From Acidobacteriota bacterium (GTDB lineage Bacteria; Acidobacteriota; UBA6911; RPQK01; JAJDTT01): a DNA stretch of 64,000 nucleotides. The position numbers and the translations under genes are program-made. The stretch's first letter is position 1. The number at the start of each line of letters is the position of its first letter. Under the pieces are notes generated by a model that was not told the DNA's origin, did not search any database, and worked only from the letters and a program-made list of their open reading frames with translations. Positions 9,425 through 18,829 of this stretch are shown piece after piece. The DNA lies in the NCBI GenBank assembly GCA_965263035.1, contig OZ253580.1:3808001-3872000 (forward strand). Reading direction: 5' to 3'.

Positions 9425-10258
9425 ATGGTGAGGACGGACGGCAGCGCAGTTGGAAGGGGCGGCCGCGGATCTGGTGCGGACGCGGAGCGGGCGGCTCCGT
9501 CGTTCCTTGCGAGACGCGAGTTTCTAAGGAGGAGTCTGGTGGCGGGAGGGGCCGCAACTGCCGCCGGAATTCGAATACCCCAAGCCTCCACCGCGCCGGG
9601 TCCGGTCCGGGTGCTCTGTTGGTCGGAGCGGACGGAACCCAAGGAGGTCTATCCGGAGGGGATCAGCGGGGCCATCGCCCGGCACCTCCGCTCCGTTCCC
9701 GAGGTGACAGTGCGGACTGCCTCCATTCGGGATCCGGACCAGGGGCTCGCCTCATCGGTCCTGGACGCCACCGACGTTCTGATCTGGTGGGGGCACACGA
9801 AGCACAAGGACGTCCTTTTCGACCGCGTCGCCGACGTGGTGGCCCGGGTGCGGGCGGGTCGGCTGGGGTTCATCGGGCTGCACTCGGCCCACTGGTCCAA
9901 GATGTTCAAGAGCATCCTGGAGTGCACGGGGAATCTCGGGGGTTGGAGGCACGGCGCCGGACCCGAACATCTGAAGGTGGTTGCTCCGTCGCATCCCATC
10001 GCGCGGGGTATTTCGGATTTCACCATCCCCGAGACGGAGATGTACGACGAGCCCTTCGACGTGCCACCCCCGGAGAAGGTGGTCTTGTTCGGATACTGGG
10101 CAACGGGAGAACAGTTTCGTAGCGGCTGCGTCTGGACGGTGGGCAAAGGGAGGGTCTTCTATTTTCGTCCCGGTCATGAGTCCGACCCCGTTTATTTCCA
10201 TAGGGAGCCGCTCCAAGTGGTGGCTAATGCCGTCCAATGGTGCGCCCACCGGACCTGA
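9425..10258 (+). CDS. ThuA-domain (trehalose utilisation-like) protein with Tat signal
   Basis: ARREFL; VYPEGI; DVLIWWGH; LHSAHWSK; EMYDEPF; FYFRPGHE. Confidence 0.88.
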   Translation: MVRTDGSAVGRGGRGSGADAERAAPSFLARREFLRRSLVAGGAATAAGIRIPQASTAPGPVRVLCWSERTEPKEVYPEGISGAIARHLRSVPEVTVRTASIRDPDQGLASSVLDATDVLIWWGHTKHKDVLFDRVADVVARVRAGRLGFIGLHSAHWSKMFKSILECTGNLGGWRHGAGPEHLKVVAPSHPIARGISDFTIPETEMYDEPFDVPPPEKVVLFGYWATGEQFRSGCVWTVGKGRVFYFRPGHESDPVYFHREPLQVVANAVQWCAHRT

Positions 10259-10338
10259 TCGCGCGCTTCCGGTCCAGTCCGTGAAGCGCCGCGCATGGCG
10301 AAGGCCTGGAAGAGCTCGGCCGGCATTGGAGAAATGAC

Positions 10339-11517
10339 ATGGAATCGTGGAAACGGAAGCTGAGAATGGGGATGGTGGGAGGCGGCCAAGGGGCGTTCAT
10401 CGGGGCTGTTCACCGCATGGCCGCCGCCCTGGACCAGCAGGTGGAACTGGTGGCGGGCTGCTTCTCTCAAGATCCCGAGAATACCCGGATAACTGGAGAG
10501 CAGTTGTATGCCGATCCCGCCCGCTGCTATGCCACCTACCGGGAGATGGCGGCCCGGGAAGCTGAGTTGCCGGCGGACAAGCGGATCGATTTTGTCAGCG
10601 TCGTGACGCCCAACGCCTCCCATTTCGACATCTCACGGACCTTTTTGGAGGCGGGCATCCACGTCGTGTGCGACAAGCCCATGACCTACTCCCTGGCGGA
10701 GGCGGACGAGTTGTGCCGCCTGGTGGAGCGGACGGGCCGGGTCTTCGGCCTGACCCACAACTACACCGGACACCCGCTGATCCGGCACGCCCGCCAGTTG
10801 TTCCGTTCCGGCCAGATGGGCACGGTGCGCAAGGTCATCGTCGAGTATCTGCAGGATTTTCTGTCGGTCCCGCACGAAAAGCTGGGGCAAAAACAGGCCT
10901 CGTGGCGGGTGGACCCGGCCCAGGCGGGGGTGGGCGGGACGCTGGGGGATCTGGGAACCCACTGTCTGAACCTGCTGGAGTACGTGACCGGTGACCCGGT
11001 GACCTCGATCTGCGCCGACACGAGCACCTTTCTCCCCGACCGGACTCTGGACGAGGATGCCAATATTCTCTTGAGGCTCAAAGGGGGCGGCAAGGGTGTC
11101 TTGACGATCAGTCAAATCGCCACCGGCGAGGAGAACGGATTGCGGCTCAGAGTGTATGGCTCGGAGGGAGCCATCCTCTGGGAGCAGGAGGATCCGAACC
11201 GGATGGGATTCTACCGCTACGGCCAGCCCAAGCGGATCCTGACCCGGGGACGCGGCGAGTACCTGGACGAAGCGGCCGGAGCCGTGACCCGTATCCCGCC
11301 GGGGCATCCCGAGGGGTACCTGGAGGCCTTCGCCACCATCTACTGCGGCGCCGTCGAGGCGATCCGGCGGCATCTGGAGGGCGCGCCGCTGAAACCGGAA
11401 GAGTACGACTGTCCCAACGTCTATGACGGGCGCCGGGGGCTGGAGTTCATCCACAAGGCAGTGGAGTCCAGCGGCCGGGGCGGGGTCTGGGTCGAGATGT
11501 CTGAGGGGGCGCCGTGA
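10339..11517 (+). CDS. Gfo/Idh/MocA oxidoreductase (cytoplasmic)
   Basis: MGMVGGGQGAFIGAVHR; VTPNASH; CDKP; GDLGTH; PPGHPEGYLEAF. Confidence 0.92.
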   Translation: MESWKRKLRMGMVGGGQGAFIGAVHRMAAALDQQVELVAGCFSQDPENTRITGEQLYADPARCYATYREMAAREAELPADKRIDFVSVVTPNASHFDISRTFLEAGIHVVCDKPMTYSLAEADELCRLVERTGRVFGLTHNYTGHPLIRHARQLFRSGQMGTVRKVIVEYLQDFLSVPHEKLGQKQASWRVDPAQAGVGGTLGDLGTHCLNLLEYVTGDPVTSICADTSTFLPDRTLDEDANILLRLKGGGKGVLTISQIATGEENGLRLRVYGSEGAILWEQEDPNRMGFYRYGQPKRILTRGRGEYLDEAAGAVTRIPPGHPEGYLEAFATIYCGAVEAIRRHLEGAPLKPEEYDCPNVYDGRRGLEFIHKAVESSGRGGVWVEMSEGAP

Positions 11518-12779
11518 AGACAACATTGGTTTCCGGATTGCTGGGTCTGTTGCTGGCCGTTCCGTCCTCCCCCGCGTTGCGCGCCGGAGAGCCGGAACCG
11601 GGCTTCGTCTCTCTTTTCAACGGCCGGGATCTGACCGGATGGAGGACGATCAAACAGAGGAATCAGGGCTGGCTGGTCCGGGACGGCCTTCTGATCTGTC
11701 CCGAAGGGGAGGGGGCCAAGCTCCTGACGGAGAAGGAATACGCCGACTTCATTCTGCGCTTCGAGTTCAAGCTGCGGCCGGGAGGCAACAATGGCGTCGG
11801 TGTCCGCACTCCCCTGGATGGGCACGCTTCCATCGACGGCATGGAGATCCAGATTCTGGACAACACGGCGCCCAAGTACGCCGGGATCAGGCCATATCAG
11901 GCCCACGGCTCGGTCTACGGCCTGGTGCCGGCCCGCCGCGGCGCGCTGGCGCCGGTGGGAGAATGGAACCGGCAGGAGATCGCGCTCCTGGGTCGTCGGG
12001 TGAAGGTCACGCTCAATGGAACGGTGATCGTCAGCGCCAACCTGAACGACGTCCGCGACGCCGAGGTTCTCCAAAGGCATCCGGGAATGATGCGCTCCCG
12101 GGGGCACGTGGGTCTCCTGGGGCATTCCACTCACGTGGAGTTTCGAAACATCCGCATCAAGGACCTGGGTGGGGAACAGCCGGACAATCTGGCTCCCGAG
12201 GGTTTTCAGGCCCTGTTCAACGGCATGGACCTGGAGGGCTGGAAAGGCTTGGTGGCCAATCCCAAGAAACGGGCCGCCATGGACCCGGCGGAACTGGCGG
12301 CGGCCCAGCGCGAGGCGGACGCCAAAATGCGGAAGTATTGGACGGTCGAAGAGGGTGTGCTGCTCTTCGACGGCAAGGGCGGCAGCCTCTGCAGCCGCCA
12401 GGACTTTCGAGACTTCGAATTGTGGGTCGACTGGAAGATCGAGCCCAAGGGAGACAGCGGCATCTACCTGCGAGGGAGTCCCCAGATTCAGATCTGGGCA
12501 GACCCCGAGGGCTCAGGGGCCATTTGGAACAACAAGGAGAACCCGTCCAAGCCCAAGTTGGCGGCCGACAATCCGGTGGGGGAGTGGAACCGGTTCCGGA
12601 TTCTTATGTCCGGCGACAAGGTGACCGTCTGGCTCAACCACCGCCTGGTGGTCCATAAGACCACCATGGAGAACTACTGGGAACGGGACAAGCCCCTCTA
12701 TCCCACGGGCGCCATCGAACTCCAGGCCCACGGGAACCCTCTCTACTTCAAGAACGTCTACGTCCGCCGGCTCGACTGA
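11514..12779 (+). CDS. Secreted tandem DUF1080 (3-keto-disaccharide hydrolase-like) protein
   Basis: Two repeats of LFNG.DL.GW...NNGVG/DSGIY...EIQI/QIQI...GEWN...LLGH/LQAH...FRNI/FKNV; overlaps the upstream stop (GTGA). Confidence 0.9.
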   Translation: MKTTLVSGLLGLLLAVPSSPALRAGEPEPGFVSLFNGRDLTGWRTIKQRNQGWLVRDGLLICPEGEGAKLLTEKEYADFILRFEFKLRPGGNNGVGVRTPLDGHASIDGMEIQILDNTAPKYAGIRPYQAHGSVYGLVPARRGALAPVGEWNRQEIALLGRRVKVTLNGTVIVSANLNDVRDAEVLQRHPGMMRSRGHVGLLGHSTHVEFRNIRIKDLGGEQPDNLAPEGFQALFNGMDLEGWKGLVANPKKRAAMDPAELAAAQREADAKMRKYWTVEEGVLLFDGKGGSLCSRQDFRDFELWVDWKIEPKGDSGIYLRGSPQIQIWADPEGSGAIWNNKENPSKPKLAADNPVGEWNRFRILMSGDKVTVWLNHRLVVHKTTMENYWERDKPLYPTGAIELQAHGNPLYFKNVYVRRLD

Positions 12780-12781
12780 AA

Positions 12782-13387
12782 TCAGGATTCGGGTGCCACG
12801 GCGTTGCGGACCAGAGCGTGAAGGGATTTCGGCAGCGTTCCGGCCACCGCCAGGGCTGCCTCACGACCCTGCGAGGACATCTTTCGCCAAGTCTTACGAA
12901 GGATGTCGGCCAGCTTGGCGTCGTCGTGCATCCGGGAGAATGCCTCGAACTCGTTCTCCAGGAAGACCAGGCAGACGGCATCCTCCAAAAGCTGCGACTC
13001 CGGGTCCAGCTTGAGGCGCAGTTTCCGGAGCAGGGCCTGGACCCGTCCGGTGGTGATCTCGCCGTATCCCGCCTCGCCGAGTATGCGTCCCGCCTCTTGG
13101 GCGTGGTATTGGGCGAGAGTCTTCCGCCACCGTCTGTAGCCGGCTCCCCCCAGCGGATAGCGATCACGGGGAATGGTCCAGCGTCGGATGTGCTGGCAAT
13201 GGGCCGCCAACACCAGCGCTTCCGAGGCCTCCGGCTCCAGCCGGAGGACCCACGCCACGAGCCGGCGGTGGTAGTGGACGGACCAGGGGACCGGTCCACC
13301 TTCCGTCTCCACGGTGACCGGATCTTCGCAATGGGCCTCGTGGAACCGGGCGACAGCCAACTGGAAACGAGAGTCGTCGACAGACAT
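12782..13387 (-). CDS. DUF4202 domain protein
   Basis: LAAHCQHIRRWTIPR..YP.G.AGY..WR; QLLEDAVCLVFLE; KTWRKMS. Confidence 0.88.
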   Translation of the reverse strand: MSVDDSRFQLAVARFHEAHCEDPVTVETEGGPVPWSVHYHRRLVAWVLRLEPEASEALVLAAHCQHIRRWTIPRDRYPLGGAGYRRWRKTLAQYHAQEAGRILGEAGYGEITTGRVQALLRKLRLKLDPESQLLEDAVCLVFLENEFEAFSRMHDDAKLADILRKTWRKMSSQGREAALAVAGTLPKSLHALVRNAVAPES

Positions 13388-13474
13388 TGCCCGAAGACTA
13401 TATCAAGCCCGACTTCTCCTTCACCAAGGGGTACGAATCCGCGCCTCGGCGGGCAATTCTGTCCGGGTGTCGCC

Positions 13475-14701
13475 TCAATAGGACACCAGGTGAGGCCGGA
13501 GGGCATCCTCGTCGAATTCCACGCCCAGGCCGGGCCGGTCGGGCACCAGCAAGGCTCCCTCCTGAAATACCAGAGGATCCTTGAGGACGTCGTTGCGCCA
13601 GGGAATGCGGCTGGGGGCGATCCACTCCAGAATGAGCGGGTTGGGAATGGCGGCCATGACATGGGCGGCGGCCATGGTCCCGACCGGTCCCTTGGTGTTG
13701 TGCGGCGCGATTGAGACCTGATGGGTCTCGGCCAGCGCACAGACTTTCTTCATCTCGGTGATGCCGCCGATGTAGACGGGGTCGGGTTGCGCCACGTCGA
13801 CGGCGCCGGCCCGGAAGAAGTCGTTGAAACGGTGCTTGTTGGTCAGGCGTTCGGAGCCCGCGATGGGGGTCAGGGTGCCTTGCCGCACTTGTGCGTATCC
13901 GGCGGGATCCTCGGGGATGGTAGGTTCTTCCAAAAACAGCAGGCGATAGGGTTCCAGAAGACGGGCGACCTCCAGTGCGGCGCCGGGAGCGAAGGCGGCA
14001 TGGGGGTCGTCCATCAGCAGCACGTCTTCCCCCAGGAACCGGCGAAGGGCCGAATATCGCCGGTCGATGTTCCTCAACTCTTGACGGCTGATCCCCGGAC
14101 CACCAGCCTCCTGGATGCTGATGCTTGACTTGAGCGCCTTGAAACCTTCGTCCAGGACCCTCCGAGCATTGTCTACCAGCGTGTCCTCGTCCTTTCCGCC
14201 GAAGTGGGAATAGACCGGAACGCGGGCGGAACGGGGTCCGCCCAGAAGGGTGCAGACGGGGGCTCCCAGGGCCTTCCCCTTCAGGTCCCAAAGGGCTTGG
14301 TCGATGCCGCTGATGGCGCTGGTGAAGATGATCCCTCCGGTTCGATACGCGGTGCCGCCGCCGGAGTAGAGGTCCCGATAGATGCCTTCGATATCGAGGG
14401 CATCCCGGCCCAGGAGGTAGGGCCTGAGTTCCTCGACCATGCGGGCGACCACCGTCTCCTTCCGGCTGTAGGTCGCCTCGCCGATGCCGGTGAGGCCTTC
14501 CCTCGTGTGGACCCGCACGTGGGTCCACTTGCGCCCGCAGTCGGACTGGACCAGCTGAACGGTGATGTCCCGGATCGGCAATGAGACGCCGGGCCGGGCC
14601 GTTGAAGCCCGGCCGCGAGCCACGCCGGAACCGCGCGCGACAAGCCCCCACATGCCGGACCCGAATCCTGCCGTCTGCAGAAGAAACCGTCTTCGGTTCA
14701 T
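13475..14701 (-). CDS. Enolase-superfamily acid-sugar dehydratase (galactonate dehydratase-like) with Tat-like signal
   Basis: MNRRRFLL; GIGEAT; AISGIDQALWDLKGK; LMDDPH; FLEEP; AGSERL; QPD; APHN. Confidence 0.88.
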   Translation of the reverse strand: MNRRRFLLQTAGFGSGMWGLVARGSGVARGRASTARPGVSLPIRDITVQLVQSDCGRKWTHVRVHTREGLTGIGEATYSRKETVVARMVEELRPYLLGRDALDIEGIYRDLYSGGGTAYRTGGIIFTSAISGIDQALWDLKGKALGAPVCTLLGGPRSARVPVYSHFGGKDEDTLVDNARRVLDEGFKALKSSISIQEAGGPGISRQELRNIDRRYSALRRFLGEDVLLMDDPHAAFAPGAALEVARLLEPYRLLFLEEPTIPEDPAGYAQVRQGTLTPIAGSERLTNKHRFNDFFRAGAVDVAQPDPVYIGGITEMKKVCALAETHQVSIAPHNTKGPVGTMAAAHVMAAIPNPLILEWIAPSRIPWRNDVLKDPLVFQEGALLVPDRPGLGVEFDEDALRPHLVSY

Positions 14702-14753
14702 GGTGGAAATCTCTCTGGCCGATGGTTCATAGCGCGAAGATCCTCCCCCGGCT

Positions 14754-16460
14754 TCACGACGGTTCGATACGGTCGGCTCCCTCGATTTCTTCGGGACGGG
14801 CGAAGCTCCGATACCGCGTCTGGATCTCAACTCCGCTGACGAAGCGGGTCCAACTCGCCGTCGGCGTCAGCGTCCGGACCAGGATCTCGACCGTGTTCTC
14901 TCCCTTTTTCAGAAGATCCGGATCCAGCTTCGTCCGAAGCCAGTGGGCGGCAAAACCGGACGGCGCCTCGATGGGCCGGCGCAGGCGGACCGGAATTCGA
15001 AGTGCACGTTCATCCGTCACTTCGAAGCGCTCCAAGGGCAGAAGCCGTCCGTTGAAGCGGATCCGGATCTCGTCCTCCACCGGGAAGTTCTGAAGCCGGA
15101 GGGTGAGCCGGGGTCTCCTCAGCTCGCCGTCTCTCTCCGCTTCCTTCAGATCGTCGGCGACCTGAAGCGTCAATCTAACCCGCTCGCCTTCCTTCAGTGC
15201 GAGTGGAAGCACCCGTTTCGGCGGTGGATCGGTGAAGGTCCCGGCTCCTTCCACCGGCTGGAGAAAGTACCGCTTGCCCTCTCGTCGGTACGTCTCCGGA
15301 TAGGCCATCTCCCGGAGGATCTGATGCTCCTTGCGAGCCAGGGGCCAGCGCAGGTAGCCGAGATAAAGGCCGGCAGCTCCCTGGGCCCTGAGGGTCTGCC
15401 CCAGGGCTCTGTACATCTCGATGGTGGGGCGGGGCGTCCTTTCGTCATAGACTCTCAAGGGAGGGCGGGCATAGACTCCGGCCCTTCCCCCCGACGCCTC
15501 CACCAGCCACCCGACGTCCACGGCCGGCTCGAAGAGTTGGTCCGAGACCTGGCCCACCACCAGATCCAGATCGCCCTGCCGGAGCCACGCTTCGACGTCG
15601 AGGCCCACCTTGAGGTTCTCTTCCTCCCGGTGGAACACGCGGGCGCTGACGGTGACGGGTCGATTCTGGCTGCGGCCGACCTCGTCGGCCAGCCCGCGGA
15701 TCTGGCTCACGAAGCGGTTCATGACGGGGATGTTCTTCTCCACTTCCCGCTTCTTGAAGTAGGAGGCGAAGAACATGAAGTCCAGCTCGATGCCGTCGGC
15801 TCGGTAATCTTCCAGAACCTCCCGGACCATGGCCAACCTGTCCTCCCTGACGCTTTCCAGGGAGAAGTCATAGCAGTACTCGAAACCGGAGTGCCTCTCG
15901 TCCGTCTCCCCGACGCAAACGGACTTTCCCCGTTTCCACTTGAGCCAGCCGCAGCGCTGGGAGCCGGGCCGGTTCCCGTCCTGGAGCTTGAGGCTGGGAA
16001 GGACCGGCAGGCTCTCCTCGCGTCCCCGGCGGATCACCTCCCGCAACTGGTCCGTCCCCAGCTTCCTGGCGTCCCGCACCATACACATGATTCGCCAGTC
16101 GATGATGTGTTCCCAGGTCTGCTTCTCCTGTCCCACGACGCGTCCGACCTTGCTGTCGTGGAAATACACGTCGCCGTAACCCAGCCCCAGGACCAGCATT
16201 CCCACTCCGGTTCCCAGCACCTCGTCCACCGGCCGCTGGAGCTGCAAGCGGCTCACCGGGGGATCGATCCTCTTGGCATGGAAGTGGTGGGCGTCGTTGT
16301 AGTAAATGAGGCGGGGCAGCATCCGGTCGGCGCCATCCGCGTGGGCCGGAACTTCGGGTTCCGGCTTGCCGGCGGAGGCCCGGCGCGATGCTACCATCGA
16401 GGTGGCCGCCACCCCCGGCCCCACTCCCACGAATCGTCTCCGGGTCCAGTTCGGTTTCAT
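14754..16460 (-). CDS. Tat-signal TIM-barrel protein, glycoside hydrolase-like (GHL10/DUF187-like)
   Basis: WTRRRFV; LIYYND; YDFSLESVRE; YRADGIELDF; C-terminal beta domain. Confidence 0.65.
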   Translation of the reverse strand: MKPNWTRRRFVGVGPGVAATSMVASRRASAGKPEPEVPAHADGADRMLPRLIYYNDAHHFHAKRIDPPVSRLQLQRPVDEVLGTGVGMLVLGLGYGDVYFHDSKVGRVVGQEKQTWEHIIDWRIMCMVRDARKLGTDQLREVIRRGREESLPVLPSLKLQDGNRPGSQRCGWLKWKRGKSVCVGETDERHSGFEYCYDFSLESVREDRLAMVREVLEDYRADGIELDFMFFASYFKKREVEKNIPVMNRFVSQIRGLADEVGRSQNRPVTVSARVFHREEENLKVGLDVEAWLRQGDLDLVVGQVSDQLFEPAVDVGWLVEASGGRAGVYARPPLRVYDERTPRPTIEMYRALGQTLRAQGAAGLYLGYLRWPLARKEHQILREMAYPETYRREGKRYFLQPVEGAGTFTDPPPKRVLPLALKEGERVRLTLQVADDLKEAERDGELRRPRLTLRLQNFPVEDEIRIRFNGRLLPLERFEVTDERALRIPVRLRRPIEAPSGFAAHWLRTKLDPDLLKKGENTVEILVRTLTPTASWTRFVSGVEIQTRYRSFARPEEIEGADRIEPS

Positions 16461-16494
16461 GGTCACGGGGCTCCTGTAGCCATGGCGCCGGATT

Positions 16495-17784
16495 TTATCC
16501 TTGAGGATCCCGTTTCCAGCCTTCCATCTGCTCCCGGTACCACTCTTCCCCGTGCACTTCCTTCTTGTTGTGGTACCGGCTGATGTGGGGGAGGATCTTC
16601 TGCTCCCGGTCCCGAACCGGAAGTCGAACGGGAGCGTAGCCCTGGCGGTGCGACTGGCGCAACGCAATGCCCAACTCCAGGGCCAGCCGCAGGTCGTCTC
16701 CGCTGGTTCGCGGCGGGATTCCCTGTTCCAGGGCATCCACCAGGGACTGGACTCCGGCCATCTGACGGGTACCGGGGTGCCGCCATCCTTCCGCGTCATA
16801 ATTCCGCTGCCCGAGTCCCGAATCCGGGTACAGGCCCTGGATCTCCTCCAGGCTGTCCCGACGCCGGGGATCCTTGGCACTGGCCTTCATCCGGTAGAGG
16901 CGAAACGTGTACCAGTCGCTCAAAAAGACCCCTTTGCTGCAGAGCACCTCGATTCCCATGCGAGCCACCGGCTGGTTGTGGATGAAGCATTCGATGCCGT
17001 TGCTGAAGCGGACGGTTCCGCCCATGCCCTGGTCCTGGTCGCTGAAGGGATCTCCCCGGGTCCAGCCGCACACCCACTCCACGGGTGCATCCCGGGCGAA
17101 CAGCCTCATGACGCTCAGCCCCTGGCACCCGCCCCCGGAGATCTCGTTGGTGGACTGGTAGAGGTTCAAGCCGCGGACTTCGCCCAACTCCCCGGATTCC
17201 AAGGCTTCTCGAGCCTGCCAGAACTGGGGAAAGTTACGGTACATATCGCCGCCGGCGAAGACGATTTCCTTTCTCTTGCAGGCTTCGACCATCTCGTCCG
17301 CCTGCCGTAGACCGGCGGAAATCGGTTTCTCGCAGTAGATCGCCTTGACCGGGAACTCCGTACACCCTACAACCACACCCGGGTTGGCTTTCACCGGAAG
17401 GATAGGCGAGACGATGTCCACCTTCTCCCGGGCCAGCATCTCCCTGTAATCCCTGTATCCCGGAACGCCGAACCTTCTGGTGAAAAGTTCCAGGTTCTCC
17501 GGGTCGATATCAGCAGCGGCCACCACCTTGGTCCTGGGATGGAGCACATAGCCCCTGGCGTAGCCGGTCCCCTTGCGGCCGCATCCCACGATGGCGGCCC
17601 GGTACGGGGACCCTGTCGCGGGCACAGCGGCCGGGAGGGAGGACTCTCGCGAGGCGACCGCGAACAAGGATACTCCTCCGGCCCGGAGGAATTCGCGCCG
17701 GTTCTGACCCGAAGCCTCCCGGGAAGAGGTCTCGATGTCTTGAGCCCCGGTCGCGCCAACGACGGAAAAGTCATTCGGCCTCAT
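16495..17784 (-). CDS. Gfo/Idh/MocA oxidoreductase with Tat signal
   Basis: NRREFL; AAIVGCGRKG; IYCEKP. Confidence 0.85.
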   Translation of the reverse strand: MRPNDFSVVGATGAQDIETSSREASGQNRREFLRAGGVSLFAVASRESSLPAAVPATGSPYRAAIVGCGRKGTGYARGYVLHPRTKVVAAADIDPENLELFTRRFGVPGYRDYREMLAREKVDIVSPILPVKANPGVVVGCTEFPVKAIYCEKPISAGLRQADEMVEACKRKEIVFAGGDMYRNFPQFWQAREALESGELGEVRGLNLYQSTNEISGGGCQGLSVMRLFARDAPVEWVCGWTRGDPFSDQDQGMGGTVRFSNGIECFIHNQPVARMGIEVLCSKGVFLSDWYTFRLYRMKASAKDPRRRDSLEEIQGLYPDSGLGQRNYDAEGWRHPGTRQMAGVQSLVDALEQGIPPRTSGDDLRLALELGIALRQSHRQGYAPVRLPVRDREQKILPHISRYHNKKEVHGEEWYREQMEGWKRDPQG

Positions 17785-17979
17785 GACTGCACCCCGTGGT
17801 TGATCGAGCTGTTCGCCGGATCGTCTGGAAACCTCTGCCAGACTGGAATTCCTGACTGGTTCAAGAGAGTACCCATGGCCTTGGTCTGTTGGCAAATCCG
17901 GAGGCTGTCCTGCGCCCGAGTGCGCGGAAGATGGCCAACCTGTCCTGGCCCCGGGGAATGCGGGAAGACGGGAAATGGT

Positions 17980-18783
17980 TCAGCGCGATTTCTTCAGCGC
18001 GTAAAGGGCGATCGGCGTGACGAGCCGAGCCGCAAGCGCCGGCGACAAGCGGTTCAAGCCGACCATCAGCCGGCCCAGCCCGGTCAGGTGCACTTCCCGG
18101 CGCCGCCGGCGAACCGCCTCTACAATGGTGCGAGCTACGGATTTCGAGGTGGCGGCCGCCCGGAAGAGACTGATGGCGGGTGCAGCGCTGGCAGTGCGGT
18201 GGGCCGCCTCAAGGAACTCGGTTTCGGTCAGGCCGGGACAGATGAGACTGATCCCCACACCGGTCCCTCTGAGTTCTCCCCAGAGCGCTTCGGCCAGGGC
18301 CGCCTGGGCGAACTTGGTCACGCAGTACGCCGAGAAATAGGGCATGGCCCGTCTACCGACGACACTGCTGACGAGGACGATGTGACCGCTCCCTTGCCGG
18401 AGCAGTCCGGGAAGGGCCGCGTGGATGGTCTCGTATCCGGACTGAAAGTTGACCTGCCAGATTCGGGTAAGCTCGTCCGGGGGAGTCTCGACGACGGGCC
18501 CCACAATGCCGTATCCGGCATTGGAGACGACAATATCGAGGCCTTGGAGTCGACGCCGGCATTCGCGGACGATTTCCGCTCCGCGGCCCGGCCGGCTCAG
18601 ATCATGGGCGGCCCAGACGGCCTCTCGTGCACCCCGGCGGCCGCACTCAAGTGCCACCTGCTCCAACCGTTCGCTCCGGCGAGCCACCAGAAAGAGCTCG
18701 CAGGATTCCGCGGCAAACGCGTAGGCAGTGGCTTCTCCGATGCCGGACGACGCCCCCGTAACGAGGACCTTTCCGCCCCTCAT
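17980..18783 (-). CDS. SDR family oxidoreductase
   Basis: TGASSGIG; SNAG; VSS; YCVTK (YxxxK); CPG. Confidence 0.93.
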   Translation of the reverse strand: MRGGKVLVTGASSGIGEATAYAFAAESCELFLVARRSERLEQVALECGRRGAREAVWAAHDLSRPGRGAEIVRECRRRLQGLDIVVSNAGYGIVGPVVETPPDELTRIWQVNFQSGYETIHAALPGLLRQGSGHIVLVSSVVGRRAMPYFSAYCVTKFAQAALAEALWGELRGTGVGISLICPGLTETEFLEAAHRTASAAPAISLFRAAATSKSVARTIVEAVRRRRREVHLTGLGRLMVGLNRLSPALAARLVTPIALYALKKSR

Positions 18784-18829
18784 TTCTGGGCTCGGATTGC
18801 TCGCCGCGGGGTGCGATGAGAAGTGCGGA

